DNA of 41,921 nucleotides, taken from assembly GCA_045659565.1 (NCBI GenBank), contig JAZOXD010000223.1, positions 1 to 41,921 of the forward strand, written 5' to 3'. Shown here piece by piece: positions 24,204-34,094 of this stretch; within the stretch, counting starts at the first letter, position 1; each line of letters opens with the position of its first letter. This DNA comes from Eubacteriales bacterium. Lineage in GTDB: Bacteria; Bacillota; Clostridia; Oscillospirales; QAKW01. The position numbers were made by a program, and so were the translations under genes. The notes under the pieces are model-generated. The model was given only the letters and a program-made list of their open reading frames with translations, made no database searches and was not told the origin of the DNA.

Positions 24204-24933
24204 CATCATTCAGGTAAAAGGCCTGAAAAAGCATTATAACCGTGGCGCCATCAAGGCATTGGACGGTGTGAATATTGATATTAAGCGTGGTGAGGTGGTG
24301 GTCGTGATCGGCCCCTCCGGCAGCGGTAAATCCACTCTGTTGCGGAGTCTGAACCTGTTGGAAACCCCCACCGAGGGCGAGATCCTGGTAGATGGTGTGG
24401 ATATCAACGCCAAAAAGGTGAATATCAATCTCCATCGTCAAAAAATGGGAATGGTGTTCCAACATTTCAATCTGTTCCCCCATATGACCATTTTAAAGAA
24501 TATGACCATTGCCCCGATGAAGCTGAAAAAAGTGCCCAAGGCCGAGGCCGAAGCCAAGGCACTGGAACTTTTAAAGCGGGTGGGCCTGGGCGACCGTGCC
24601 GGGGCATATCCCAGCCAACTTTCCGGCGGACAAAAACAGCGTGTGGCTATTGTGCGGGCCCTTTGTATGGATCCCGAGGTGATGCTCTTTGATGAGCCCA
24701 CCAGTGCGCTGGACCCCGAAATGGTGGGCGAGGTTCTGGATGTTATGCGGGATCTGGCCAAGGGCGGTATGACCATGGTGGTGGTGACACACGAAATGGG
24801 CTTTGCCCGTAGCGTGGCCAGCCGTGTGGTCTTTATGGACGAAGGTGGCATTATGGAAGAGGGCACGCCCGAAGAAATTTTCGAGCATCCTCAATGCGAC
24901 CGCCTGAAAGACTTTTTAAGCAAGGTTTTATAA
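24193..24933 (+). CDS. Polar amino-acid ABC transporter ATP-binding protein
   Basis: 246 aa. Walker [10 protein letters not shown], signature LSGGQKQR, Walker [15 protein letters not shown] start overlaps the permease stop. Confidence 0.9.
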   Translation: MSDNIIQVKGLKKHYNRGAIKALDGVNIDIKRGEVVVVIGPSGSGKSTLLRSLNLLETPTEGEILVDGVDINAKKVNINLHRQKMGMVFQHFNLFPHMTILKNMTIAPMKLKKVPKAEAEAKALELLKRVGLGDRAGAYPSQLSGGQKQRVAIVRALCMDPEVMLFDEPTSALDPEMVGEVLDVMRDLAKGGMTMVVVTHEMGFARSVASRVVFMDEGGIMEEGTPEEIFEHPQCDRLKDFLSKVL

Positions 24934-25025
24934 GGTCCTTTTGGTAAAAAGTTTCTTATAATCCTAAAATCGTTCAAACTGAATCCTATATTTTTTCCTT
25001 CGATTGAAAGTTTTCGCGGAGGGGT

Positions 25026-25068
25026 AAAAGGGGAGGAACCTTTTGAAAAAGGCTCCTCCCCTTGATTT
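25026..25068. terminator. Hairpin between convergent genes (probable bidirectional terminator)
   Basis: GGGGAGGAACCTTTT-ga-AAAAGGCTCCTCCCC: 15 positions with one mismatch. Short T runs on both sides. Confidence 0.55.
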
Positions 25069-26368
25069 ATAACATAATTTGTAATCCCAGTAATGCCAAT
25101 AATAATGCCGGAACGGCGGCAATGGCGCCGTAGCGGATGAATTTGCCAAAGGAAAAGGGAACTTTATGGGCCCGAAGCAGGCCGGTCCACATAATGCCTG
25201 CTAAGGCACCGATGGGGGTAAAGAAGGCCCCTAAATTGGAACCGATCACCGCTCCATAGAGCCCCGCCGCCTTAGCCGCCCCGGTCAGATTGGCCGTAAT
25301 GCCGGAATAAAGCACGCTCATGGGAATATTATTGATAAGATTAGCCGCAAGGAAGGAACTGATGCCGTAGGTCCATACCGTTTCTCCCCGGTTTAAAAAT
25401 CCCGCAAGGGTAGCAGTCAGTCCGGTTTTTTCCATGGCCAATACCAAAACAAACATCGAAAGAACAAAGGGTGCCATCTCAAAGGGGGCTCGCTTGCAGG
25501 TCTCTAAAATGGTCACCAGGGTGCGCCCTTTAATCAAAAGATAGATCGCCGCCCAAAGGAATAAGCTTCCCATTGCTGACAGGGAAATGATCCACATGGG
25601 CAGCGCCAAAGCGTTGGAAAGCACCAAAAAGAGAATGCATACGCCTAAATGCACCAATCCCAAAGCCACCAAGGGCTTGTCCGGCTGGGCCGAGGCATTA
25701 AACTCCGTTTGCAAAGGCGCTTTCAACTTCCTGCGGAACAGGAACCAAAGGGCCAAAAGGGAACCAAAACCCGCCAAAAGGGTGGGCAGCGCCATCACTT
25801 TGATGTATGTAATAAAATCGCATCCCGCCCCGGTGGCTAAATAGATGTTGGTGGGATTGCCGATGATCAGGATCATGCTCCAGGTGTTGGCGGCAATAAA
25901 CTCCGCAAATAGATAGGGAAGGGGATCGATCTTTGCTTGCCGTGTAAAGTAACAGATAAAGGGCGTAAAGGTCAGAACAATAATGTCGTTCGAGGTAAAG
26001 ACCGTCAGGATCGAAACGGTAATATAAAGGGTGAAAAATAGCGAAAGCTGGCTTCCCTTGGCCCGGGACAAAATCTTTTCTGCCAGCCATCGAAAAAAGC
26101 CAACGCTATCCAAAAAGACCGAAATCAGCGTCATAGAGAAAAACAATACCAAAATTTTCAGCGGATTCATCTCGGTGGGCGCCGTCAGCCCTGCGCCGAT
26201 CTCCTGCCAGCTTAATACGCCGGAACAAGCCAGAATCAACGCTCCCACCACCGGCGGTAGCCAATAGATGCTGATCTGCTCCCCCCGAAGGCATACAGAT
26301 GGCTTTAAAACCACCAAAAGGATCAGGACAATGCAGGTCAATGTTGCGGTAATTGCAGTTGTGATCAT
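25067..26368 (-). CDS. ArsB/NhaD-superfamily (citrate-transporter-like) anion permease
   Basis: 433 aa from MITTAIT (SD GGAGGGGA). Polytopic. IIGNPTNIYL motif typical of the ArsB/NhaD permease fold. Confidence 0.65.
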   Translation of the reverse strand: MITTAITATLTCIVLILLVVLKPSVCLRGEQISIYWLPPVVGALILACSGVLSWQEIGAGLTAPTEMNPLKILVLFFSMTLISVFLDSVGFFRWLAEKILSRAKGSQLSLFFTLYITVSILTVFTSNDIIVLTFTPFICYFTRQAKIDPLPYLFAEFIAANTWSMILIIGNPTNIYLATGAGCDFITYIKVMALPTLLAGFGSLLALWFLFRRKLKAPLQTEFNASAQPDKPLVALGLVHLGVCILFLVLSNALALPMWIISLSAMGSLFLWAAIYLLIKGRTLVTILETCKRAPFEMAPFVLSMFVLVLAMEKTGLTATLAGFLNRGETVWTYGISSFLAANLINNIPMSVLYSGITANLTGAAKAAGLYGAVIGSNLGAFFTPIGALAGIMWTGLLRAHKVPFSFGKFIRYGAIAAVPALLLALLGLQIML

Positions 26369-26442
26369 AATGCTCCCCTCCAAATGTAATGATTATAACA
26401 CTCACGCTTGCCTTATGCAAGAATTGATGCTAAAATAATCCT

Positions 26443-26940
26443 ATGAAAATCATTAGAAGCAACCGCAAAACCCTGGCACTTTGTGTTAACCGCCGGGGCG
26501 AAGTGGAGGTGCGGGCGCCCTATGGCTGCTCCGAAGCCCGCATTCTGCAATTTGTTCAGGAGCATTCCCAATGGCTGGAAAAACGCCTGCGGGAATTCAA
26601 ACCCCAAAAAGAATATACTCCTGCCCAGGTTGAGGCTCTCCGCCAAGCGGCCCAAACCCGGCTTCTGGAACGGGTGGCCTATTTTGCTCCCATGATGGGG
26701 GTGACGCCCGCCTATGTAAAGATCACCTCTGCTCGTAGCCGCTTTGGCAGCTGTAATTCCAAAAAGGGAATCTGCTTTTCTCTTTACCTGATGGAAAAAA
26801 GTGAATCCGCCATCGACTATGTAGTGGTTCATGAACTGGCCCACCTGCGCCATATGAACCATAGCCCCGCCTTTTATCGGGAGGTGGAAAAGATCCTCCC
26901 GGATTATCGTACACGTATTCAAGAACTCAAGCGTTCATAA
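26443..26940 (+). CDS. YgjP-like M48-family metal-dependent hydrolase (DUF45)
   Basis: 165 aa. RFGSCNSKKGICFSLYL and VVHELAHLRHMNHSPAFY (HExxH...H) are the DUF45 signature. Confidence 0.8.
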   Translation: MKIIRSNRKTLALCVNRRGEVEVRAPYGCSEARILQFVQEHSQWLEKRLREFKPQKEYTPAQVEALRQAAQTRLLERVAYFAPMMGVTPAYVKITSARSRFGSCNSKKGICFSLYLMEKSESAIDYVVVHELAHLRHMNHSPAFYREVEKILPDYRTRIQELKRS

Positions 26941-26952
26941 ACGGAGGAATTT

Positions 26953-29900
26953 ATGAAAACATTTATCAAACAAGTTTTGTCCGGCCTGCTGGCCATCCTT
27001 CTGGTACTGGGGCTTTTCCCAACGGTAATGTATCCCCCGGCCTCTGCTGCGGCGGCACCGTCCTTCACCCCCCTCACCGACCGGGAAGCCGAAGCCTTGA
27101 TCGGCTTTATTGCCGATACCTCCAAGGTGACTGACGAAATGAAAAAACAGGGCGATATGTTCCAATTACTCACCGGTGCCCTGGAACCCGGAAGTGCGGC
27201 AGAGGTAAAGGCCCGTCTGACCTTTTCAGCCTTTGCTACCAGCGGTATTAATAAGAATATCGAAAGCGCTGACCTGCTGGTGGATTATTCCACCGACTAT
27301 TTGATGGACTATCTGGAGGATAAGGCCGGCGGCGATATCGACGACGGCCTGGCCAACGAGCTTCTGGATGATGTTAAAGATAACGTTCGGGGCGTTATGG
27401 AGGTGGTGTTGGATGTATCTGAGGATACGGTGGATAACCTGAAATTTGTAACCACCAACTATAGTCAGATCATAAGCATCCCCTCCCGGGCTGAACAACT
27501 GGCCGAGGATGTATACGCCGGCTTTTCTGCGGTGAACCTGATCTATGGCCAGAATAAACGTGCCCAATACACCTATGTGGCCACCAAGATCAAAAACCTT
27601 TCTGCTAAGGCCTATCAGAATCCTGCGGTGGCAGATATCATCGATTCCTATAACGATATGGCCAACGGCCAGAATAATCTGTTTGCATCCCTTGCCGGCT
27701 CCAACCGTTGGAACGATGTGGAGAATAAGGAACTTCTGGAAAAGTTCGCCCAAACCATCCACGATATTAATAAAGGCGCCTTAAGCGAATCCTCTGCTCC
27801 CGCTTCGGTGGTACAGGTCCATTGCCCCACCGATGTGCGGATTACTGACTCGGAAGGTCTTCTTATGGCCGAAATCACAGATGATCAGGTGGTGTATACC
27901 GCTGATCAATGTCTGGCCGCTGTCAAGGAACATATGAAACTGGTCGTTCTGCCCGGCGGAAAGAATTATCAGGTTATCGTTACCGGCACCGGCGAAGGAA
28001 CAATGGATTATTCCGTCAGCACCTATAACGATGTGGGGCTGCTCCGGGAACTGAAGTTCGAGGATGTGCCCGTTACCGCGGAAACAACCTACCAAGCCTC
28101 CATCGCAGCTGAGGTTTTTGCCAAAACCGAAACCTACCGATTGGAGGATTCCCAAGGCCAAAAGGTGGAACCTACCTACGATTCCCTGCCCGATATCGAT
28201 ATTAATGTGCCGGATGTCGTGGTAGAAGAGGACCTGATTGAAGGTCTTCCGGCCGGATTGATCTCGGCCCTGGCCGACGCTGTTTTTAATATGCAGACAG
28301 AACTGGATCTTACTTCCTGGTCAGTTAAGGCAGAAAACGGTGTGGCGCTGTTCTCGGCTTTGGCCAAATATCATCCCGCTGAATATAGCATTATGTGCAA
28401 TCGTGGCTTCCGGTATCGGCTTATCACTTCCGGGGATCGGATCAAAACCGTCCGTTTCTATTACGGCGCAGATGTGGACCTGGATGAATACCGGCAACGG
28501 GTGCTGGACCTGAACAGCGCCTTGGAACGGGTAGTGGGTGCCACCGAAGGAATGAGCGATTTTGAAAAAGCGCTTTATTTTCACGACTATATCATTTTAA
28601 ATTGCCAATATGATACAGAACTTGCTGCCCTGATGCAAGCCGACCTGATCACCGAAGCCATTTATAACGAACGTTATACGGAATATTCCGTGCTGATCAA
28701 CGGCACCGGAATCTGTGGCTCCTATGCATTGGCTTATCGGGCATTGCTGAATAAAGCGGGGGTGGAATGTATCTATCTGGCCAGCGAGCAGATGAACCAC
28801 GCCTGGAATATGGTTCGGCTGAATGGCGAATGGTATCATGTGGACTGCTGCTGGGATGATCCCATGCCGGACCGCTTCGGTCGGGCCAAGCGGGATTATT
28901 TCCTTTTAAATGACCAACAGATTTCGGAACTGGACCACTTGGGCTGGGCTCCTGCCGCCTACGCTTCCACCGGCACCACTTATGTCGAGATGCCCCGGGG
29001 CGATGATATAATCCAAAAATTCCGGGATGGTTATTGGTATTATCTGGAAAACGGCTCTGTTTACCGCTGTGCCGAAAACGGGCAGAACCGTCAACTGCTC
29101 TTTAAAGCCACCGCCATCTCCCTGGCTCCGGAGGGCAACGGACTTTATTATACCACCGGCAATGTGGTTTATTGCTATGATTGGCAGAAGGAACGCTCCA
29201 ACCCGGTCTATTTCCTTTCCGCCGCTCTGCTGCCTGCCAAAGCATCCTCCGCATATATCACTAATTTTTATGTAAAAGGAACCCAACTGGAACTTTATAT
29301 CAACTATTGTCGTGAAGATGGCAGCTACGAAACAATCCGGCGTCAAACCACCTTCGATCCTGATAAATATAGTAAAATTACCGGCCTTTCCCTGGATCAA
29401 AACACCCTGACCCTGGAGGTGTACCAAACCGGAAAATTGAATGCTCAAATTCTTTCCACCGGCTCCACCGAAGGTATCAGCGCGGCTTGGTCCAGTTCCG
29501 ATCCAAACGTGGTCTCGGTGGACGAAAACGGGAACTTTACTGCCAATAATATCGGTTCCGCTGTGATCACTGCGAAATTTTTGGATTATACCGCTCAATG
29601 TTCCGTCACCGTTACCGGCGACGGCGCCAGCGGAACCTCCGGTTCTGTCCGTTGGGCTCTGGATCCTCAAACCGGGGTTTTCACCCTTTCCGGCAACGGC
29701 GCTATGACCAACTATTTTAACGCATCGGCCGTGCCCTGGAACGCCATTAAAGGGCAGATCCGTCGGGTGTTGATTCAGGAGGGTGTTACCTCTGTGGGTG
29801 GCTATAGCTTCAGTGGCTGTTCCAATTTGGAATCGGTTTCCATCCCGGGTTCGGTCACACTTCTTTGTCGCCGTGCCTTTATGAATTGTACCGCTTTGGA

Positions 29901-32900
29901 AGCCCTGCAACTTCCGGAAGAGGTTGCGGAGATCCAGTTTGAATGCTTCTATGGATGCAAAGCCTTAACGCAGATCAATCTGCCTTCAGAACTTACCGTT
30001 ATCAATTCCGGCACTTTCCAAAACTGCCTCAATTTGGAGGAATTGGTTCTTCCCGAAAAGATCACCCTGATCTATCAATACGCTTTCAGCAGCACTGCCA
30101 TCAAATCGATGATCATCCCCGACAGCGTAAGGGGCATCGACCGTTATGTCTTTGGTCACTGCACCAAGCTGGAACGGCTGGTGCTGGGCAAGGGCGTCAA
30201 TGAATTGGTTCGGAATTTTATTTATAGCTGTCATTCTCTCCAATCCATTCAAGTACATGCTGAAAACCAAACCTTCAGCAGTGATGCCAATGGGATTCTG
30301 TATAATAAAGATCAAACCAAACTGGTCTTTTATCCCACCGGCCGGGTCGGCGAAAGCCTGACTGTGGCGGATGGAGTGCAGGTAATTGGCGTCGGCGCCT
30401 TTGAGCAATGTAAAAAACTCAAAGAGATTACCCTGCCCGATAGCCTCACGACCATCGAAAACGAAGCCTTTTATAATGTAAATACGCTGAAGAAGATCCA
30501 TTTCGGCAAAAATCTTACCGCAGTGGGCGCATATGCTTTTGCCCATTGCGATGGGCTGGAAAACCTCGCTTTCCCGAACGGATTAAAAGAATTGGGTGAA
30601 TCGATCTTTTTCGATTGCACTGCCTTGCAGGAGGTTTATCTTCCCGATACCATCCAAACCATGGGCGTAAGGATTTTCGAAAACTGCCCGGCTTTAAAAA
30701 CCTTCACCTTGCCAAAGAACATCAAAGAGGTGCCGGACTCTCTTTGCCGGAACTGCACCGCATTGCAAAAGATCAACCTGCACGATCAGGTAACCAAGAT
30801 CGGCTTTATGTCCTTTGCCGGTTGCGAATCCCTGTCGGAGGTTTCCTTGCCCGCCAGTGTTACCACCATCGATTCCGCCGCCTTTTCCTTGTGCCATTCC
30901 TTGAAGGAATTTTATGTTTCTGCCAATGTCACCAGCCTCCCCAGCGGCTTTTTAGCCGATTGCGAAGGACTGGAAAAGGTAATTGTTGATGCGGGCAACC
31001 CCAATTATTTCTCCGATGAGCATGGCCTTCTTTTCAACAAGGCAAAAACGGAACTGATCCTGTGCCCCATGAGTTATGGCGGAACCTGCTATATTCCGGC
31101 CACGGTCAACACCATCAATTTTTATTACGCCATGAGCAGTACCCGCCTGGAACGGATTGAGGTGTCGGATCAGAATCAAACCTATTGTGCAGTGGATGGT
31201 GTTTTATATTCCAAAGATCAAAAAACGCTGCTCCATTATCCTTATAACCGCCCGGATAAGGTATTCACCGTGCCCGAAACCACAACGAAATTTGGCGACT
31301 ACGCCTTTGAAGGCACTCAAAATCTGGAAACCCTGATCTTAAATAGCGTCTTTGAAGATTCCTATTTCCCCATATCGTATTGCGATTCTTTAAAAACGCT
31401 GATCTTTGGCGAAAAAGTCCAATTGGAGGATGTCTATCTTTATATACCCCGGGTGGATCAGGTGATCATTCGGAATGTAAATTTTGCTCCTTCCATTACA
31501 CCTGCTGATTACGGCGAGGAAAAGATCACGACTTATGTACCGGATGGCTCTGCCTTGCTGAAGAATGATGATCCCTATTCTCATGTCAATGCCATCAATA
31601 TGGCGGCCCAGCCCCATAGCCATATTTCCTATCTTTCTGCTTATACAGCCGCTGGCAATGTGGATGGTCGTGCGGTGTATTCCTGCTATTGTGGCGAAAC
31701 CGAAGAAAAAACGATTCACCTTTTGGGCAAAACCCATACGCTGGAGCCCGGTTGTAAGGATGGCAAGATCTATGCAGAATGTCTGAACTGTCGGGAAGAA
31801 AACGTTATGGAAGTCCTGCCGGCTAACGGCCAACATTCTTATAAATGGGTGTCTCATCAGGAAGGCAGCTGTAATACCCCTGCCGTGGATCTTTACCGTT
31901 GCAAGGATTGTAACGACCCGAAAGAAGTGGAAGATCGGTTGGTTAACGGCCATTCCTGTATCGAAACGGTGGTTCCTGCCACCTGCTCTGATAAGGGCTA
32001 TACCCATTCTGAATGTTCGGTTTGCGGCGAAACCGCAGTCTATGATTTCACTGCGCCGCTGAAGCATCAGATGGATGAAAAATATTTAGTTCCCACCTGC
32101 AAGGAAAAGGGCAAGTTTGTTTTTGATTGCCGGAATTGTGATTATGAAGAATCAGTGGTGGATCAGGCTTCTTCTTTTGCGAAGCATACGCTGCAGTCCG
32201 AAACAGATCCGCCGGCCTGCAATCAGCCCGGATTGCTAAAAGTCAGCTGTTCTGTTTGCAAAGAAATATTTTCAGAAACCCCGGTGGATGCGCTGGAGCA
32301 TCAGTTTACCAACTATGGGTATAATGAAGATGCCGCTTGTGGCGTGGACGGCACCAAAACCGCCCTCTGCGACCATGGATGCGGTCAAAAGGATGTATTG
32401 CCCGCCACCGGCACCGCACTGAAGCATCAATATTCCGACTATGTGTATAATAACGATGCCACCTATGAGAAAAACGGCACCAAGACCCGTGTCTGCCGGG
32501 CTTGCACCGCCAAGGATACGGTAACGGCCGAAGGTACCCGGTTGATCAGAACCAACCCCTTCAAGGATGTGAAAAAGGGTCAGTTCTATTATGATGCCGT
32601 TCTTTGGGCGGTGGAAAAGAAGATTACCACCGGCGTCACTACCACCACCTTTGAACCCAATTCTGCCTGTACCCGGGGCCAGATCGTCACCTTCTTGTGG
32701 CGGGCTTGCGGCAGTCCGGAACCCACCCAAACCGCCAATCCCTTCCGGGATGTTAAGAGCAATCAATATTATTATAAAGCGGTTCTTTGGGCGGTGGAAA
32801 AAGGCATTACCACCGGCACTTCCGCCACCACCTTCAGCCCCAACGATAAATGTACCCGGGAACAGATCGTTACCTTCCTTTGGCGCTCCCAAGGGAAGCC

Positions 32901-33078
32901 CAAGGCGGCCTCTGCCAATCCCTTTAAGGATGTAAAGGGCGGCGCCTATTATTACGAAGCCGTCCTTTGGGCGGTGGAAAAAGGCATCACCACCGGAACC
33001 TCTGCCACCACCTTCAGCCCTAAGGCGGATTGCACCCGCGGTCAAATCGTAACCTTCCTCTACCGCTGCCTGGCCTAA
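26953..33078 (+). CDS. Giant SLH-anchored multidomain surface protein (transglutaminase-like cysteine-protease core, Big_2, BspA-type LRRs, His/Cys repeats, 3 SLH)
   Basis: 2041 aa. Signal peptide ending ASAAA. Transglutaminase-like triad candidates Cys588 (GICGSYA), His616 (NHAWNMV) and Asp631 (HVDCCWDD). Big_2-like segment at 29377-29616. See the repeat features below. SD GGAGGA. Confidence 0.85.
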   Translation: MKTFIKQVLSGLLAILLVLGLFPTVMYPPASAAAAPSFTPLTDREAEALIGFIADTSKVTDEMKKQGDMFQLLTGALEPGSAAEVKARLTFSAFATSGINKNIESADLLVDYSTDYLMDYLEDKAGGDIDDGLANELLDDVKDNVRGVMEVVLDVSEDTVDNLKFVTTNYSQIISIPSRAEQLAEDVYAGFSAVNLIYGQNKRAQYTYVATKIKNLSAKAYQNPAVADIIDSYNDMANGQNNLFASLAGSNRWNDVENKELLEKFAQTIHDINKGALSESSAPASVVQVHCPTDVRITDSEGLLMAEITDDQVVYTADQCLAAVKEHMKLVVLPGGKNYQVIVTGTGEGTMDYSVSTYNDVGLLRELKFEDVPVTAETTYQASIAAEVFAKTETYRLEDSQGQKVEPTYDSLPDIDINVPDVVVEEDLIEGLPAGLISALADAVFNMQTELDLTSWSVKAENGVALFSALAKYHPAEYSIMCNRGFRYRLITSGDRIKTVRFYYGADVDLDEYRQRVLDLNSALERVVGATEGMSDFEKALYFHDYIILNCQYDTELAALMQADLITEAIYNERYTEYSVLINGTGICGSYALAYRALLNKAGVECIYLASEQMNHAWNMVRLNGEWYHVDCCWDDPMPDRFGRAKRDYFLLNDQQISELDHLGWAPAAYASTGTTYVEMPRGDDIIQKFRDGYWYYLENGSVYRCAENGQNRQLLFKATAISLAPEGNGLYYTTGNVVYCYDWQKERSNPVYFLSAALLPAKASSAYITNFYVKGTQLELYINYCREDGSYETIRRQTTFDPDKYSKITGLSLDQNTLTLEVYQTGKLNAQILSTGSTEGISAAWSSSDPNVVSVDENGNFTANNIGSAVITAKFLDYTAQCSVTVTGDGASGTSGSVRWALDPQTGVFTLSGNGAMTNYFNASAVPWNAIKGQIRRVLIQEGVTSVGGYSFSGCSNLESVSIPGSVTLLCRRAFMNCTALEALQLPEEVAEIQFECFYGCKALTQINLPSELTVINSGTFQNCLNLEELVLPEKITLIYQYAFSSTAIKSMIIPDSVRGIDRYVFGHCTKLERLVLGKGVNELVRNFIYSCHSLQSIQVHAENQTFSSDANGILYNKDQTKLVFYPTGRVGESLTVADGVQVIGVGAFEQCKKLKEITLPDSLTTIENEAFYNVNTLKKIHFGKNLTAVGAYAFAHCDGLENLAFPNGLKELGESIFFDCTALQEVYLPDTIQTMGVRIFENCPALKTFTLPKNIKEVPDSLCRNCTALQKINLHDQVTKIGFMSFAGCESLSEVSLPASVTTIDSAAFSLCHSLKEFYVSANVTSLPSGFLADCEGLEKVIVDAGNPNYFSDEHGLLFNKAKTELILCPMSYGGTCYIPATVNTINFYYAMSSTRLERIEVSDQNQTYCAVDGVLYSKDQKTLLHYPYNRPDKVFTVPETTTKFGDYAFEGTQNLETLILNSVFEDSYFPISYCDSLKTLIFGEKVQLEDVYLYIPRVDQVIIRNVNFAPSITPADYGEEKITTYVPDGSALLKNDDPYSHVNAINMAAQPHSHISYLSAYTAAGNVDGRAVYSCYCGETEEKTIHLLGKTHTLEPGCKDGKIYAECLNCREENVMEVLPANGQHSYKWVSHQEGSCNTPAVDLYRCKDCNDPKEVEDRLVNGHSCIETVVPATCSDKGYTHSECSVCGETAVYDFTAPLKHQMDEKYLVPTCKEKGKFVFDCRNCDYEESVVDQASSFAKHTLQSETDPPACNQPGLLKVSCSVCKEIFSETPVDALEHQFTNYGYNEDAACGVDGTKTALCDHGCGQKDVLPATGTALKHQYSDYVYNNDATYEKNGTKTRVCRACTAKDTVTAEGTRLIRTNPFKDVKKGQFYYDAVLWAVEKKITTGVTTTTFEPNSACTRGQIVTFLWRACGSPEPTQTANPFRDVKSNQYYYKAVLWAVEKGITTGTSATTFSPNDKCTREQIVTFLWRSQGKPKAASANPFKDVKGGAYYYEAVLWAVEKGITTGTSATTFSPKADCTRGQIVTFLYRCLA
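29644..31420 (+). repeat. BspA-type leucine-rich repeat region (protein-level tandem repeats)
   Basis: Many ~23-25-aa units of the form IP.SVT.IG..AF..C..L..I.LP, for example VSIPGSVTLLCRRAFMNCTALEAL and ITLPDSLTTIENEAFYNVNTLKKI. Confidence 0.8.
31612..32535 (+). repeat. Eight tandem ~35-40-aa His/Cys-rich repeats, H-x(5-12)-C-x3-G-x5-C-x2-C
   Basis: Examples: HSCIETVVPATCSDKGYTHSECSVCGE, HQMDEKYLVPTCKEKGKFVFDCRNCDY, HTLQSETDPPACNQPGLLKVSCSVCKE. First and last units are degenerate. Confidence 0.7.
32554..33075 (+). repeat. Three tandem SLH (S-layer homology) domains
   Basis: Three ~60-aa units NPF(K/R)DVK...YYY.AVLWAVEKGITTG...TF.P...CTR.QIVTFL.R. Units 2 and 3 are also clearly similar at the DNA level. 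Confidence 0.85.
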
Positions 33079-33110
33079 AATGATCTTGTAGGGGACGATA
33101 TCCACATCGC

Positions 33111-33146
33111 CTTAAAAATAAAAACACATGGAGCCTTTCGCTCCAA
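33111..33146 (-). terminator. Weak hairpin terminator downstream of the PAP2 gene
   Basis: Minus strand: TGGAGC-gaaag-GCTCCA, followed after 5 nt by TTTTTATTTTT. Confidence 0.45.
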
Positions 33147-33173
33147 GCGTATTTTCTTTTCAGACCAAGGGTG

Positions 33174-34082
33174 TTATTTTCTTGTTTTATCCAACTTATT
33201 CCAAAACTTAAAGGTTGCCGGCCAGGCTGCGGCGGCCACCAACACCATAAAGAAATAGGGCAGGGCCTCCTGGGGGATCAACCCATCAGGCAATATCATC
33301 CGTACCTGATATTTGGTGCCCAAAGCCAGCCCCGCACCGGGAATGAGCTTAATGAGTTGTACCCACCAAGTCGCCTTGGTCTCATAGCGGATCCACCGTT
33401 GATCCAATTCATAAGCAATGCCAAATCCCAAAACGGCGCCCAGCATTTTATAGGCATTTTCCAAGCCGTGGAGCAATACCTCGTCTTGGGTATTTCCCAG
33501 ATAAAGTTCCATAAAAATCACTTGCCCAATGCTCCAAAGGGTCATTACGCCAAAAAAGATGCGGAAGAAGTTGGGGTTGTCTTTGGCTTTGCGCATAATG
33601 GGATAAACCGCAAATACTAAAACCAACGCAATCGCTACCGAAACCAAAACATCGGCGGGGGTGTGAACGCCTAAATACATCCGGCTGAAGGGCACCAGCA
33701 CACAAAGCGCAATGGCCGGAATCCGGATCCATTTGTTTTTGTTCCAAAGGGCTAAGCCGCCAAAGGTGCCAACAGAATTTTGCGTGTGCCCACTGGGGAA
33801 GGAATAGCCGGTGGCGGCGGGAATGGCACTTTCCACCGCTTTAAAGTTCGGGTCCCGTACCCAGGGACGGGGCACCTTGCAAACCACCTTCAAAAGCTGG
33901 TTGATCTGGGTTCCCAAAAAGGCCAGGGCTAAAAGATAATAGCCCTCGTATTTGTCCACACACCAAAGGAAAACCATAGCCAGAGCCAAAAAGATCATCT
34001 CATCTCCAAAATAGGTGATCATGCTCATAAAAGCCGTCAACACCGGGTTGCGGATGCTTTCCAATAAATATAAAAATTCCAT
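33174..34082 (-). CDS. PAP2-superfamily membrane phosphatase
   Basis: 302 aa. KVVCKVPRP, SFPSGHT and SRMYLGVHTPADV are the three acid-phosphatase (PAP2) motifs. There is an extra C-terminal membrane region. Confidence 0.85.
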   Translation of the reverse strand: MEFLYLLESIRNPVLTAFMSMITYFGDEMIFLALAMVFLWCVDKYEGYYLLALAFLGTQINQLLKVVCKVPRPWVRDPNFKAVESAIPAATGYSFPSGHTQNSVGTFGGLALWNKNKWIRIPAIALCVLVPFSRMYLGVHTPADVLVSVAIALVLVFAVYPIMRKAKDNPNFFRIFFGVMTLWSIGQVIFMELYLGNTQDEVLLHGLENAYKMLGAVLGFGIAYELDQRWIRYETKATWWVQLIKLIPGAGLALGTKYQVRMILPDGLIPQEALPYFFMVLVAAAAWPATFKFWNKLDKTRK

Positions 34083-34094
34083 AAAACCGCTCCT

